64,000 bases of DNA from Akkermansia sp. (GTDB lineage Bacteria; Verrucomicrobiota; Verrucomicrobiia; Verrucomicrobiales; Akkermansiaceae), in NCBI GenBank assembly GCA_036644695.1, contig JAVXPO010000001.1, positions 12,776-76,775 on the forward strand, in the 5' to 3' direction. A program made the translations under genes and the position numbers. The notes beneath the pieces were generated by a model. It was not told the origin of the DNA and did no database searches. It worked only from the letters and a program-made list of their open reading frames with translations. Of the stretch, positions 1 through 10,209 are shown in pieces; position 1 is the first letter of the stretch; every line of letters starts with the position of its first letter.

Positions 1-256
<256 letters not shown>

Positions 257-547
257 TTATGCAATGATACCGAGAATATCGTTTTCGGAGATGATTACAT
301 AATCTTCTCCATCAAGTTTGATTTCCGTACCGCCGTATTTGGAGATAAGGACGAGATCGCCTTGCTTCACGGAGAACTCGATCAATTTACCTTGATCATC
401 GCGACCGCCAGTACCAACGGCGACAACCTTGGCTTGTTGTGGTTTTTCCTGAGCGGTATCGGGGAGGAAAAGTCCGCCAGAGGTCTTTTGTTCAGCTTCG
501 ATGCGTTTGATCAAAACGCGTTGTCCGAGTGGTTTGATTGTTGTCAT
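257..547 (-). CDS. groES: Co-chaperonin GroES
   Basis: IKPLGQRVLIKR...TSGGLFLPDTAQEKPQQAKVVAVG...KYGGTE, typical Cpn10, 96 aa. Confidence 0.98.
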   Translation of the reverse strand: MTTIKPLGQRVLIKRIEAEQKTSGGLFLPDTAQEKPQQAKVVAVGTGGRDDQGKLIEFSVKQGDLVLISKYGGTEIKLDGEDYVIISENDILGIIA

Positions 548-596
548 ATTTTTATTATTTGTATGGATTGTTTTTTGTTAAAAAAGAGAAGGATAG

Positions 597-636
597 TAAG
601 AGTGGGCATTGATTGAGAAATCTTTACCCACTCTTA
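597..636 (-). terminator. Stem-loop between dnaK and groES (partial terminator or mRNA-stabilising hairpin)
   Basis: TAAGAGTGGG (597-606) pairs with CCCACTCTTA (627-636); on the minus strand it is followed by CTATCCTTCTCTTTTTT. Confidence 0.55.
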
Positions 637-644
637 AGTTGAGT

Positions 645-2582
645 TTATTTGTCGTCATCAACGATTTCAGCATCAACGACGCGACCCTTGGCCTTACGAG
701 GCTCGCCAGAGTCTTCTTCTGGAGTCGCTTGCTGTTGAGCACCAGGCATTGGGCCTTGTTGCTGTTGCGATGCTTGGGCGGCTTGTGCAGCTTTATTGAG
801 CTCATCAAGGTGTTTTTCGAGATCTTCCTTAGCGGACTTAATCCCTTCAATATCCTTGTGTTCGACGGCTTCGCGCAATTTTTTCACGCGTCCTTCGATA
901 TCGCTCTTGAGTTCGGCTGGTACTTGGTCTCCCATGTCCTTGATTTGGCGTTCAACCGAGAAAGCGAGGGTATCGCCTTGGTTGATTACTTCGATCTCTT
1001 CCGCTCTCTTTTTGTCTTCATCGGCATGAGCTTCTGCATCGCTCTTGGCACGTTCGATTTCTTCTTTAGAGAGACCGCTTGAACCTTGGATAGAAATATT
1101 TTGTTCCTTACCAGTCCCCTTATCCTTGGCGGATACATGGAGAATACCGTTAGCGTCGATATCAAAAGTCACTTCGATTTGAGGCATACCGCGAGGGGCG
1201 GCATTAATACCATCAAGCTTGAAGTTACCGAGAAGCTTGTTATCATCGAACATTTTGCGCTCACCTTGACAGATTCTAATATCAACAGCGGGCTGATTGT
1301 CAGCAGCCGTTGAGAAAACCTGGCTCTTGCGAACGGGGATTGTCGTATTACGTTCGATCATTGCCGTTGCAACCCCCCCCATCGTTTCAATGGATAGAGT
1401 TAATGGAGTCACGTCCAAAAGCAACACGTCATTCACGTCACCCTGGAGGACGCCCCCTTGAATAGCGGCACCAATGGCAACGACTTCGTCAGGATTCACA
1501 CCCTTGTGAGGTTCCTTGCCAATAAGCTTGTGTGCCATCTCTTGAACGGCAGGCATACGAGTCATACCACCGACGAGAACGAGCTCGTCAATATCATTTT
1601 TACTGATGCCAGCTTCCTTGATACAGCCTTCTGCAGGACGCACAGTGCGTTCCAAGAGGGATGAGGTTAATTGCTCAAGCTTACTACGGCTCAAGGTCAA
1701 CTGGATGTGCTTGGGTCCAGAGGCATCAGCAGTGATGAAGGGTAAACTAATATCGTACGATTGCGTCGAGGATAGAGCGATTTTTGCTTTTTCGGCTTCT
1801 TCCTTAATACGTTGGATAGCATCAGGTTGTTTGGAAATATCCATACCTGAGTCATTTTTGAACTCTTTAAGAATCCAGTTGACGAGGGTATTATCCCAGT
1901 CATCACCACCGAGGTGGGTATCACCATCAGAGGCCATCACCTCAAACACGCCATCACCAATATCGAGGACGGACACGTCGAAAGTACCACCACCAAGGTC
2001 ATACACGGCAATCTTTTCATTGCTCTTTTTATCGAGACCATAGCTCAATGCAGCGGCTGTCGGCTCGTTGATGATACGACGAACTTTTAAGCCTGCGATT
2101 TCACCAGCGGCTTTCGTCGCGTTACGTTGAGCATCGTTGAAATAAGCAGGAACCGTAATGACGGCTTCGGTGATCGTTTCACCAAGCTTGGATTCAGCAT
2201 CCGCCTTTAACTTACCGAGCACCATTGAGGCAATTTCTTGAGGGGAGAACGTTTTGCTCTCTCCGCCTGCCTCTACCTTAATGTGTGCATCGCCGTTTGA
2301 GGCTTCAACAATTTCGTAAGGTACATTCTTGTCGTCAGCCGTCAATTCGCTAAATTTGCGTCCAATCAGGCGTTTGGCAGAAAACACCGTGTTCTTGGGG
2401 TTGGTGACAGCCTGGCGTTTGGCAGCCTGCCCAACAAGACGCTCACCACTCTTGGTGAATGCCACGATAGAAGGAGTCGTGCGTGCTCCTTCGCTATTTT
2501 CGAGGACGGTCGATTGTCCGCCTTCCATGACGGCCATACAGGAGTTGGTCGTCCCTAAGTCAATTCCGAGGATTTTGCTCAT
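645..2582 (-). CDS. dnaK: Chaperone DnaK (Hsp70)
   Basis: [25 protein letters not shown] and LVGGMTRMP signatures; 645 aa. Confidence 0.99.
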   Translation of the reverse strand: MSKILGIDLGTTNSCMAVMEGGQSTVLENSEGARTTPSIVAFTKSGERLVGQAAKRQAVTNPKNTVFSAKRLIGRKFSELTADDKNVPYEIVEASNGDAHIKVEAGGESKTFSPQEIASMVLGKLKADAESKLGETITEAVITVPAYFNDAQRNATKAAGEIAGLKVRRIINEPTAAALSYGLDKKSNEKIAVYDLGGGTFDVSVLDIGDGVFEVMASDGDTHLGGDDWDNTLVNWILKEFKNDSGMDISKQPDAIQRIKEEAEKAKIALSSTQSYDISLPFITADASGPKHIQLTLSRSKLEQLTSSLLERTVRPAEGCIKEAGISKNDIDELVLVGGMTRMPAVQEMAHKLIGKEPHKGVNPDEVVAIGAAIQGGVLQGDVNDVLLLDVTPLTLSIETMGGVATAMIERNTTIPVRKSQVFSTAADNQPAVDIRICQGERKMFDDNKLLGNFKLDGINAAPRGMPQIEVTFDIDANGILHVSAKDKGTGKEQNISIQGSSGLSKEEIERAKSDAEAHADEDKKRAEEIEVINQGDTLAFSVERQIKDMGDQVPAELKSDIEGRVKKLREAVEHKDIEGIKSAKEDLEKHLDELNKAAQAAQASQQQQGPMPGAQQQATPEEDSGEPRKAKGRVVDAEIVDDDK

Positions 2583-2667
2583 CTTGTTATTATTCTATTG
2601 GTTAAACTTTTCAAATTACCCAACTCAATGGAGTTGGCTCTTTTGTACGTTGTTGTACCTAGTTATA

Positions 2668-2683
2668 TGCAAATATCGTGCCA
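2668..2683 (-). promoter_or_regulatory. Sigma54 (RpoN) -24/-12 promoter of dnaK-groES-groEL
   Basis: Minus strand reads TGGCAC-GATAT-TTGCA, an exact match to TGGCAC-N5-TTGCW, correctly oriented ~85 nt upstream of the dnaK ATG. Confidence 0.8.
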
Positions 2684-2812
2684 ACTGTTCATTATTTCAA
2701 TTCCTATTTTCCATTACTACTGATAATGAATGCATTACAAAATTAGATAAAACGCCAATCAATCCAAAGAGAAATATACAAATCGCGACAAGATGACATC
2801 TTGGTTCAAAAA

Positions 2813-2849
2813 AAGAGACAAAATGTCACACATGGACATTTTGTCTCTT
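2813..2849. terminator. Perfect 15-bp inverted repeat (terminator of the esterase gene and/or enhancer site)
   Basis: AAGAGACAAAATGTC-N7-GACATTTTGTCTCTT, 35 nt past the stop of 2885..4315. Confidence 0.55.
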
Positions 2850-2884
2850 CCTCTTAAATCCTCATCTTTGAGGGAATCTTCTTT

Positions 2885-4315
2885 TTAGTCTTTAGGCATT
2901 TTTTTGCCAGTTAAAGCTTTGTAGATGACCTTAGCCATGATCTCATGTCCTTGCCCGTTTGGGTGTACTTTATCGGGGACAAGATTGCTCTTGCCAACCA
3001 TGGGTTGATAAAGGTCAATGATTTCACATTTATTCTCTTTGGCTATTTTCATCATCAAGGGATTAATCTCGCCTTTGATGATGCTATCTCGAATCCCGTA
3101 ATTTTCTGGATAGGCAGGGATAGGTAACACGCAATAAATTTTTGCTTTGGGATTATTGAGGCGTAGCTCTTTGATCATCTCTTGATAATCTTTAGCAAAT
3201 TCATTGGCATGAGCCCAGTTTTGAGGTTTTGAATCATTGGTACCCAAGGCAATGAGAATAATATCTCCCTCAATTTGTTGAGCAATCTGATAATTTGGTC
3301 TCTTTTGATAAGCACCATCTCCATTATTCAAAAGAGTAGTAGCTGATATGCCTAGGTTGAAAACTTGGTAGGTATCGCCTAATGCCTTTTGGAGGCGATT
3401 TGTCCAACGTTCCTCTGGTCCAGCCCCAACGCCAAACGTGATGCTATCTCCTATGCAAACCACTCGTTGAGGTGCCTTATTGCCAGTTGCCTTGAGGGCA
3501 AAATTCACGATTGCGGCTGGATTTTCTAGGCTGTGGGGATGGTGATTAACCCCTGGCTTATGAATCACTTTAATATTGCCCCCCATTTTGCGGTATCTCT
3601 CTTCGACAATTGCCGTATTTTCAGCGACGGGAACGACATTATCGTCGTCGCCGACAACAGCTAAAATGGGGATTTTTGCTTTTGCCAAGGGGGCAAGATT
3701 ATCGATAGGATTTTTCTTGAACTTCATCGCCTTTTCGGGAGTGAATCCATAAATCTGGCAGAGTTTCGTCCAATCAGAGGGCGATCCAGCTCCCTTCCCC
3801 TTACCCCCTGGCCAGCTTTTGAAATCACACACGGGGGCATCCACATAAAGAGCCGTCACGCATTGAGGACGCAGGGCTGCCCAGTTAAAAGCATAGAGTC
3901 CTCCACGACTAAATCCCTCAAGAATCGGCTTAGCTGAGAGCTTATACTCTTTTTTAACATGAGTATAGTAAGCATCCATCAACTTCATCGCTTGGGGACT
4001 CCCGTACATATCCTCCATATTCATATACCCAACATGGAAACCACGCTTTGCCAATTCAATATCAGCAGCAGGAAAAGCATCAAAAAATTCTGTCCTCCAA
4101 ATCCAGGGATTCCCAGGTAGTGCTTTGTCGGGAACAATCAAGAGACAAGGCCTGTCAGCAACCTTAAAATCAAGGCGTTTCATTCCTTGCCATTGAGATT
4201 CCGCAGCAGTATCAATGGCTCTTGCTTCTGATACGACACAGGCTGTAGCACAAACGGATACAGGGAGTGTTAGAGGAGATAATAAACAGGTTAAAAAAAG
4301 GACTTTGAAATTCAT
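2885..4315 (-). CDS. Secreted two-domain esterase: alpha/beta hydrolase plus SGNH/GDSL domain
   Basis: Signal peptide (likely start MNFKVLF at 4315). GFSRGG nucleophile elbow with VVGDDD and HHPH; then SGNH blocks GDSIT, GISA, GTND, DKVHP. Confidence 0.85.
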   Translation of the reverse strand: MNFKVLFLTCLLSPLTLPVSVCATACVVSEARAIDTAAESQWQGMKRLDFKVADRPCLLIVPDKALPGNPWIWRTEFFDAFPAADIELAKRGFHVGYMNMEDMYGSPQAMKLMDAYYTHVKKEYKLSAKPILEGFSRGGLYAFNWAALRPQCVTALYVDAPVCDFKSWPGGKGKGAGSPSDWTKLCQIYGFTPEKAMKFKKNPIDNLAPLAKAKIPILAVVGDDDNVVPVAENTAIVEERYRKMGGNIKVIHKPGVNHHPHSLENPAAIVNFALKATGNKAPQRVVCIGDSITFGVGAGPEERWTNRLQKALGDTYQVFNLGISATTLLNNGDGAYQKRPNYQIAQQIEGDIILIALGTNDSKPQNWAHANEFAKDYQEMIKELRLNNPKAKIYCVLPIPAYPENYGIRDSIIKGEINPLMMKIAKENKCEIIDLYQPMVGKSNLVPDKVHPNGQGHEIMAKVIYKALTGKKMPKD

Positions 4316-4363
4316 AAAGTAACCAGAGTACCTCATTGATTTAGCAGTTCAATCCTTATTTTC

Positions 4364-6979
4364 TCATTTCCTTCGGTATCGCAAAATGAGGAAAAGCAAG
4401 AGAAGGACGCCCTCAATGAGATAAAAAAGATGCAAGGCATCTCTCCCTTGAGAGAAGCCGTAAGAGTGCAACCCAACACCGAGCGTATTAACGCCCCACC
4501 AAGCAAAGGCAATGATGATCCCTCCGATGATATTACCCATATGGAGACCCCATTTACGGATATAGCCCCCCAATTTTGCATGGAGTAGGATGAGTTGCCA
4601 GAGGACAATCATGAGGGCACCGTTTTCCTTAGGATCCCACCCCCAAAACCGTCCCCATGCTTCATTGCCCCAGATACCTCCAAAGACAGTGCCAATGAGG
4701 GTGAATAAGAGAGAGAAGCACAAAGCGCCATATGCCATGCGCGTCAACATGCGTCCTGTCTTTTCATCAATGAGCCGACAAGGAGCCGATAAAAGATAGA
4801 TATGAGAAAAAATGGCTGCGAGTAGACCTGCGGCATAGCCAAGGACAATGGTAATGACGTGCGTTGATAAGAGGAAGTTGGTACGTAAAATGGCAACAAG
4901 TGGATCCATATGATCCGTTGCTTGCCCGGCTTCGTACATAATTCCCATTTGACAGGCAAAAAATCCGAGGAGCAACCCTGCCGCGAGAATAATTCCTTTT
5001 TTGCCAATAGCCTCCATGACGAGAGCAACGATAACCCCCGAGCAAGCAATAAAGGCAATCGTCTCATACGTGTTGCCTACGGGAGAGCGTAAGGTAATCA
5101 GAGAACGCATCAGCATCCCCGTGACGAGGACACCAACACCAAGTAAGCCAATAAGCCACGCTGCCCCTAACCCACGTCCTGATAAAAAACCTAGCCCCCA
5201 GCCAACAAAGCCGTTTCTCTTTTGAGGAGAAACCCAAATACCTAGAATAGAGAAGACAAATCCGACGACAAAGAGCCCCATCGCTATATAGAGAGGATCA
5301 AGATGATAATAAGCACGTTCTGTAGAGATTAAATCACGAGAAGGTGACGAAGCCTTGGCATTCTCATTAATAAATGCCTGTTTGAGGATGCTCTCTGCTT
5401 GGCTTAAGAAGCTTTGCTTTTGGACTAACGTATCTTGTTTGAGTCCTTTCCTCGCGAGTATAGAGGCGTTCACAAGAGCTTGCCCCATCTTTAGCGTTGG
5501 AATCGAAGTCCAACCACTCTGAGAATGGAACCATCGTGGGAATCCCGCAGAGCTCAACATATCAGGTTTCATTAAAATCACGACAGGCATCCCCATCCAC
5601 AACTCGACTTGCCTGACATTTTGAGCTAATCCAGCAATATCTTTCTCTACATCGCTCGGTTTACTGACACGCTCGACGGCGGCCGCCTGTTCATAAATTT
5701 CGTTGAGCCTTGGCTCTAATTGTTCAAAGCTATATCTCTTACGCTTATCCGCTAAAGGAGGTAAGCCAAGACGCGTGACGAGTTCATCTCGATTAACCAA
5801 AAAAATGGGGAATTGCCGCGCATATTCAGGTCTAATCATGCAATCCAATGCCCATTGAGTCGGTGAAATTTTTATCTTTTCTCCGTTGGTCTCAATGGTC
5901 AGGCTTCGCTTACCGAGACTACGCAACATGATAAACCCTGAATACGTAGAGAACGGCTTAAGTCGTCCCCCATCCTCTAAGGCAACACTCTCCATCTGAT
6001 CGCTAAAATCCTTACTCCAAGGGGTATATCCCGAGACGTCAACTAACTGTGTCGGGGGACGAGATGCCAGCATCCCAACACAAAAAAGGGCGACAACAAA
6101 TAAACCAACTCCGCATAAAAGGAGTCTTTTGCCCCATGATTGGCAGGACTGACTCTCGGACTCTTTCTCCTCAGGAATTGAGGATTCCTCTTTTTTCTTT
6201 CCTCTCAAATACCTTACAAACATCAAGCTAAAATGTAAAAGTAAGCCTGCTGAAATCAGATAAGAAGCCCACTTGGGACCTTGCTCAAAGGGGTTATGAG
6301 ATGCTCTCAAGATGGAGATCATCCCCTCCCCCTGTTGCCCCCAACTCATTTGATAAAGCGTCCATCCGTGAATGCGTAAGGGTTCATTCATACGAATATG
6401 CAACAAAGGACTCTCTTTGCCATCCTCTATGATCGTCAACGCTGACTCAAATGATTTTGGCTTCATCGTTCCTGGATAAAATTCAGGTGTAAATTGCTTT
6501 AATTTCAAAGCAACCCCCATGGGTTCAATCCTTTGAACAGACCCCGAGGACAAACGAATCTCTTCGATGACCTGCGTTTGCCAATTCCCCAAAGCTACGC
6601 TACCTAAAAGTAACAAAACCCCCACATGAGCAAAGAGAATCCCCCAATGAGAGACATCCTTCCTTAAACGAAAAATCCCCCCGACCATCAGATTGATAAA
6701 TAAAAGGCAACAGGTCACCCACATCCCGGGTAAAGGGAGGGCAATTAACGCATTCTCACCCCCTAAGGGAATATTAACCCAGCTCCTACTAAAAAATGCC
6801 TCCGCCGCCTCCCCTGCATGCTCTGCATACCTCACTTGAAAGATGGTGCCATAATAGGTCAAAATCAATAAAATCAACATCAGGACGATTCCGAGCCCGT
6901 AACTTCCCAAAAAGCGGTATAAAGAATAGAATAATCCTGAGGTAACACTAGATTGGAATGATTCTTTTTCCTGTGGCAT
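4364..6979 (-). CDS. ccsA: Fused cytochrome c biogenesis system II protein (ResB/CcsB-like plus CcsA)
   Basis: WWD motif WGNEAWGRFWGWDPKENGAL, conserved His residues (HVITI, LHSY), and an N-terminal ResB-like region (HVGVLLLL). Confidence 0.9.
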   Translation of the reverse strand: MPQEKESFQSSVTSGLFYSLYRFLGSYGLGIVLMLILLILTYYGTIFQVRYAEHAGEAAEAFFSRSWVNIPLGGENALIALPLPGMWVTCCLLFINLMVGGIFRLRKDVSHWGILFAHVGVLLLLGSVALGNWQTQVIEEIRLSSGSVQRIEPMGVALKLKQFTPEFYPGTMKPKSFESALTIIEDGKESPLLHIRMNEPLRIHGWTLYQMSWGQQGEGMISILRASHNPFEQGPKWASYLISAGLLLHFSLMFVRYLRGKKKEESSIPEEKESESQSCQSWGKRLLLCGVGLFVVALFCVGMLASRPPTQLVDVSGYTPWSKDFSDQMESVALEDGGRLKPFSTYSGFIMLRSLGKRSLTIETNGEKIKISPTQWALDCMIRPEYARQFPIFLVNRDELVTRLGLPPLADKRKRYSFEQLEPRLNEIYEQAAAVERVSKPSDVEKDIAGLAQNVRQVELWMGMPVVILMKPDMLSSAGFPRWFHSQSGWTSIPTLKMGQALVNASILARKGLKQDTLVQKQSFLSQAESILKQAFINENAKASSPSRDLISTERAYYHLDPLYIAMGLFVVGFVFSILGIWVSPQKRNGFVGWGLGFLSGRGLGAAWLIGLLGVGVLVTGMLMRSLITLRSPVGNTYETIAFIACSGVIVALVMEAIGKKGIILAAGLLLGFFACQMGIMYEAGQATDHMDPLVAILRTNFLLSTHVITIVLGYAAGLLAAIFSHIYLLSAPCRLIDEKTGRMLTRMAYGALCFSLLFTLIGTVFGGIWGNEAWGRFWGWDPKENGALMIVLWQLILLHAKLGGYIRKWGLHMGNIIGGIIIAFAWWGVNTLGVGLHSYGFSQGRDALHLFYLIEGVLLLLFLILRYRRK

Positions 6980-7185
6980 GGATGGCAGACTAGACGGACA
7001 AGTTTATTTCGTCAATCCATGATTGGGGAAGCAAGCGAGAGAATTATCATTTATTCGGTCATCTATCCTCATGACATGACAATACGCGAATTTCCATAAA
7101 GGCGTAGAATTCTCATTTTGGGCTAGCCCTATGAGCTTATCTAGGATATTGTTCGTGGACACCCACTCCAGAGCATAACTTTTCC

Positions 7186-8187
7186 ATGTCCGGTAAACTG
7201 ACCTACAAGCAATCGGGAGTCGATACGAAAGAAGCCGCCGCTTTTGTATCTGACATCAGCACACACGTTAAACGCACACAAAAAAGTCGTTCTTTGCATC
7301 AAGCATTTGGACTTTTTGCCGCTGCGTACGACCTTAGTTCCTACAAAGAGCCAGTTATTGTTACTGGATGCGATGGCGTCGGGACAAAAACCGAAATTCT
7401 CTTTGACATGGACATGTTAGAGACGGCAGGCAAAGACCTCGTTGCCATGAATGTCAATGACATCTTGACGACAGGTGGCGACCCCCTCCTTTTCCTCGAT
7501 TATCTCGGCATCTCCAATGTTGAGCAAGAGCGCAACCGCATCACTCGCCTTGTTGCGGGGATGTGCGATTATCTCGAAGACTGCAACTGCATCCTAGCTG
7601 GAGGAGAAACGGCAGAAATGCCTGGCGTCGTCCCCGAAAATATCGTTGAACTCTCTGGATTTTGTATCGGTTGCTGTGAAAAACAAGCAATGATTGATCC
7701 GACAACGGTACGCCCAGGCGACGTTTTCATCGGATATAAATCCAATGGGTTTCACGCCAATGGATGGAGCCTCGTCAGACGCATCCTTGAGGGTAACCCT
7801 GATGTCCTCAATGAGGAAGAATTGCGCGACCTACTCGCCCCTACTCGCCTTTATCACGATGTCGTTGCCGACATGCGCAAGCTAAATGTCATCCCTAAGG
7901 CATACGCCCACATTACTGGTGGTGGCCTCCCAGAGAACCTCGAACGCTTCCTTGGGCATTATGGTGCAGATTTAACGATTCCCTTCTGGGATAATGCTCC
8001 TGCTCAAAAAATTCTAAAATTTGTCGATGATCAAGACCGCTTCAACACCTTCAATATGGGGATTGGCTGGATTGCCATCGTCAAACCAGAGGATGTTGAT
8101 GCCGCGCTAACCGCTGGCGAAGGAGGTACCGTTATAGGAACCCTCCGCGAAGGCGCAGGAATCACCGTCAAAGTCAACGAAAAGTAA
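7186..8187 (+). CDS. purM: Phosphoribosylformylglycinamidine cyclo-ligase (AIR synthetase)
   Basis: YKQSGVD, DGVGTK, GGETAEMP, HITGGGL, FNMGIG motifs. Confidence 0.97.
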   Translation: MSGKLTYKQSGVDTKEAAAFVSDISTHVKRTQKSRSLHQAFGLFAAAYDLSSYKEPVIVTGCDGVGTKTEILFDMDMLETAGKDLVAMNVNDILTTGGDPLLFLDYLGISNVEQERNRITRLVAGMCDYLEDCNCILAGGETAEMPGVVPENIVELSGFCIGCCEKQAMIDPTTVRPGDVFIGYKSNGFHANGWSLVRRILEGNPDVLNEEELRDLLAPTRLYHDVVADMRKLNVIPKAYAHITGGGLPENLERFLGHYGADLTIPFWDNAPAQKILKFVDDQDRFNTFNMGIGWIAIVKPEDVDAALTAGEGGTVIGTLREGAGITVKVNEK

Positions 8188-8229
8188 TATTATCTCTTTA
8201 GTTTTTAACACTGGACATAACGGCACACT

Positions 8230-10149
8230 ATGAGCGACCCACTAAAACACGAATGCGGAGTTGCCGCTATTCGCCTGCTCAAGCCTCTCTCCTATTTTCA
8301 CGATAAATACGGTTCATCCCTCTGGGGATTCAATAAACTAATGTTGCTCATGGAGAAGCAACATAACCGTGGGCAAGACGGTGCTGGGATCGGGTGCGTC
8401 AAACTCGATACCCCACTGGGTCAGCCATATTTATTTCGCTCAAGAGACGCTAGCAAAGATGCGTTAACTAATATTTTCAACGGTCAGCTCAAAAAGCTCA
8501 ACAAAAAGGTACGTAAAAAGCTCGTCAACCTCCAAGATGGGGATGCGGTCAAAAACGAATTTGATTACGGAGGGGAAATCCTCATGGGTCATTTGCGTTA
8601 TGGTACCTCAGGCATGTTTGACGAAGGATCTTGTCACCCCTACCTGCGTCGCACCAACTGGACGACGCGCACACTCATGGTCTTGGGCAATTTTAACATG
8701 ACCAATGCCATGGAATTAAACCAACGCTTAATTGCTCGTGGTCAACACCCAGTCTTTGGCACTGACACCCAAACCGTCCTTGAAGAGATTGGCTATCACC
8801 TTGATGAGGCACATACCGACCTCTATCGCCAATTCCGCGAGCAAGGCATGCCTGGTCAAGACATCCCTCAGGCAATCTCCTCTGCTCTCGACATTCACAG
8901 CATCATCAATCAATCTGCTGAGGCGTGGGATGGTGGATTTGTCATCATGGGAGCCATAGGCAATGGTGACTTTTTCTGTTTGAGAGATCCTCATGGCATT
9001 CGTCCTTGCCACTATCTCGCCACGGATGAGTTTATTGCCGTCGCTTCGGAACGCGTCCCACTCATGAGCGTCTTTGAGGTAGATGAGCAAGAAGTCAAAG
9101 AGCTCCCCCCTGCCCACATGATGAGCATCAAGGCTGATGGCTCCTTTGACCTTAGCACCTACACCCCCCCTTTAGAGCCCACGCCCTGCTCATTTGAAAA
9201 AATCTATTTTTCTCGTGGCAATGACCCGATCATCTATCGTGAGAGAAAAGCACTCGGGGCCGCCCTCACCCCAGAAGTCGTCGCATCACTTGAAGATCGA
9301 TTTGATAAGGCAGCCATCACCTATATCCCAAATACGGCAGAAACAGCCTATTATGGTCTCCTTGAGGGATTGAGACTCTACCGTCGTAAACGCGTCCATG
9401 GACTCTTACTTGATGCACTTAAAACAGGTACAATCACGGAGGAACTCCTCGATAAAGCTATCCTCAAACGTTGGCCTCGCGGTGAAAAAATTGCGCATAA
9501 AGACATCAAGATGCGTACCTTTATCACCAAAGAAAAAGGTCGTGCCCAACTCGTATCTCACGTTTATGACCTCACCTACGGAGCCGTTGGTCCCGAAGAT
9601 GTCCTCGTTGCTATTGATGACTCTATTGTCCGTGGCACTACCTTAAAAAAATCGATTCTTCGCATTTTAGGTCGTGCCAACCCAAGGAAAATTGTCGTAG
9701 CCTCGACGGCGCCCCAAATTCGCTACCCTGATTGCTACGGGATTGATATGTCAGAACTGGGTAAATTTATCGCATTCCAAGCTGCTATCTCGCTCATTAA
9801 ACAGCGTTCCCTCAATCACCTACTCGAAGAAGTTTATCTCTCATGTAAGGCTGAGTTAGAGAAACCAAAAGCAGAGAGACTCAACTGCGTCAAAGCCATT
9901 TACGCCCCCTTCACCTATCAGGAGATCTCCGAAGAAGTTGCTCGTCTTGTCACACCATCAGACATCACTTGCCCCATTGAGGTCATCTTTCAGACGATTG
10001 ACAACCTCCATGCAAGCATCGAAGGTCCCTGTGGTGATTGGTTCTTCTCAGGTGACTATCCAACACCAGGTGGATACACGACCGTTAACATCGCTTATCT
10101 GCGTTGGTATCTCGGGCAAGGTGGCAGAGCATACGATTTGCCACTTTAA
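8230..10149 (+). CDS. purF: Amidophosphoribosyltransferase, long form
   Basis: HECG N-terminal nucleophile, RGQDGAG, GHLRYGT, PRPP-binding IDDSIVRGTT, YPDCYGIDM. Confidence 0.95.
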   Translation: MSDPLKHECGVAAIRLLKPLSYFHDKYGSSLWGFNKLMLLMEKQHNRGQDGAGIGCVKLDTPLGQPYLFRSRDASKDALTNIFNGQLKKLNKKVRKKLVNLQDGDAVKNEFDYGGEILMGHLRYGTSGMFDEGSCHPYLRRTNWTTRTLMVLGNFNMTNAMELNQRLIARGQHPVFGTDTQTVLEEIGYHLDEAHTDLYRQFREQGMPGQDIPQAISSALDIHSIINQSAEAWDGGFVIMGAIGNGDFFCLRDPHGIRPCHYLATDEFIAVASERVPLMSVFEVDEQEVKELPPAHMMSIKADGSFDLSTYTPPLEPTPCSFEKIYFSRGNDPIIYRERKALGAALTPEVVASLEDRFDKAAITYIPNTAETAYYGLLEGLRLYRRKRVHGLLLDALKTGTITEELLDKAILKRWPRGEKIAHKDIKMRTFITKEKGRAQLVSHVYDLTYGAVGPEDVLVAIDDSIVRGTTLKKSILRILGRANPRKIVVASTAPQIRYPDCYGIDMSELGKFIAFQAAISLIKQRSLNHLLEEVYLSCKAELEKPKAERLNCVKAIYAPFTYQEISEEVARLVTPSDITCPIEVIFQTIDNLHASIEGPCGDWFFSGDYPTPGGYTTVNIAYLRWYLGQGGRAYDLPL

Positions 10150-10209
10150 GAAGAATATCCTTTCCTTTGGGAATTTCTTTGATTACTCTTTAGAGAATTA
10201 TACGGCTTT

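Noticed and set aside
609-2043. Several plus-strand ORFs antisense to dnaK (609..1082, 1086..1313, 1606..2043)
   Set aside because: Antisense shadows expected from the codon bias of a highly expressed gene; no independent features.
2583-2884. CIRCE or sigma32 promoter for the chaperone operon
   Set aside because: No TTAGCACTC-N9-GAGTGCTAA or CTTGAA-N13-17-CCCCAT match found.
6980-7185. ZMP/ZTP or purine riboswitch upstream of purM
   Set aside because: No recognisable conserved aptamer motifs or expression-platform terminator; looks like a divergent promoter region.
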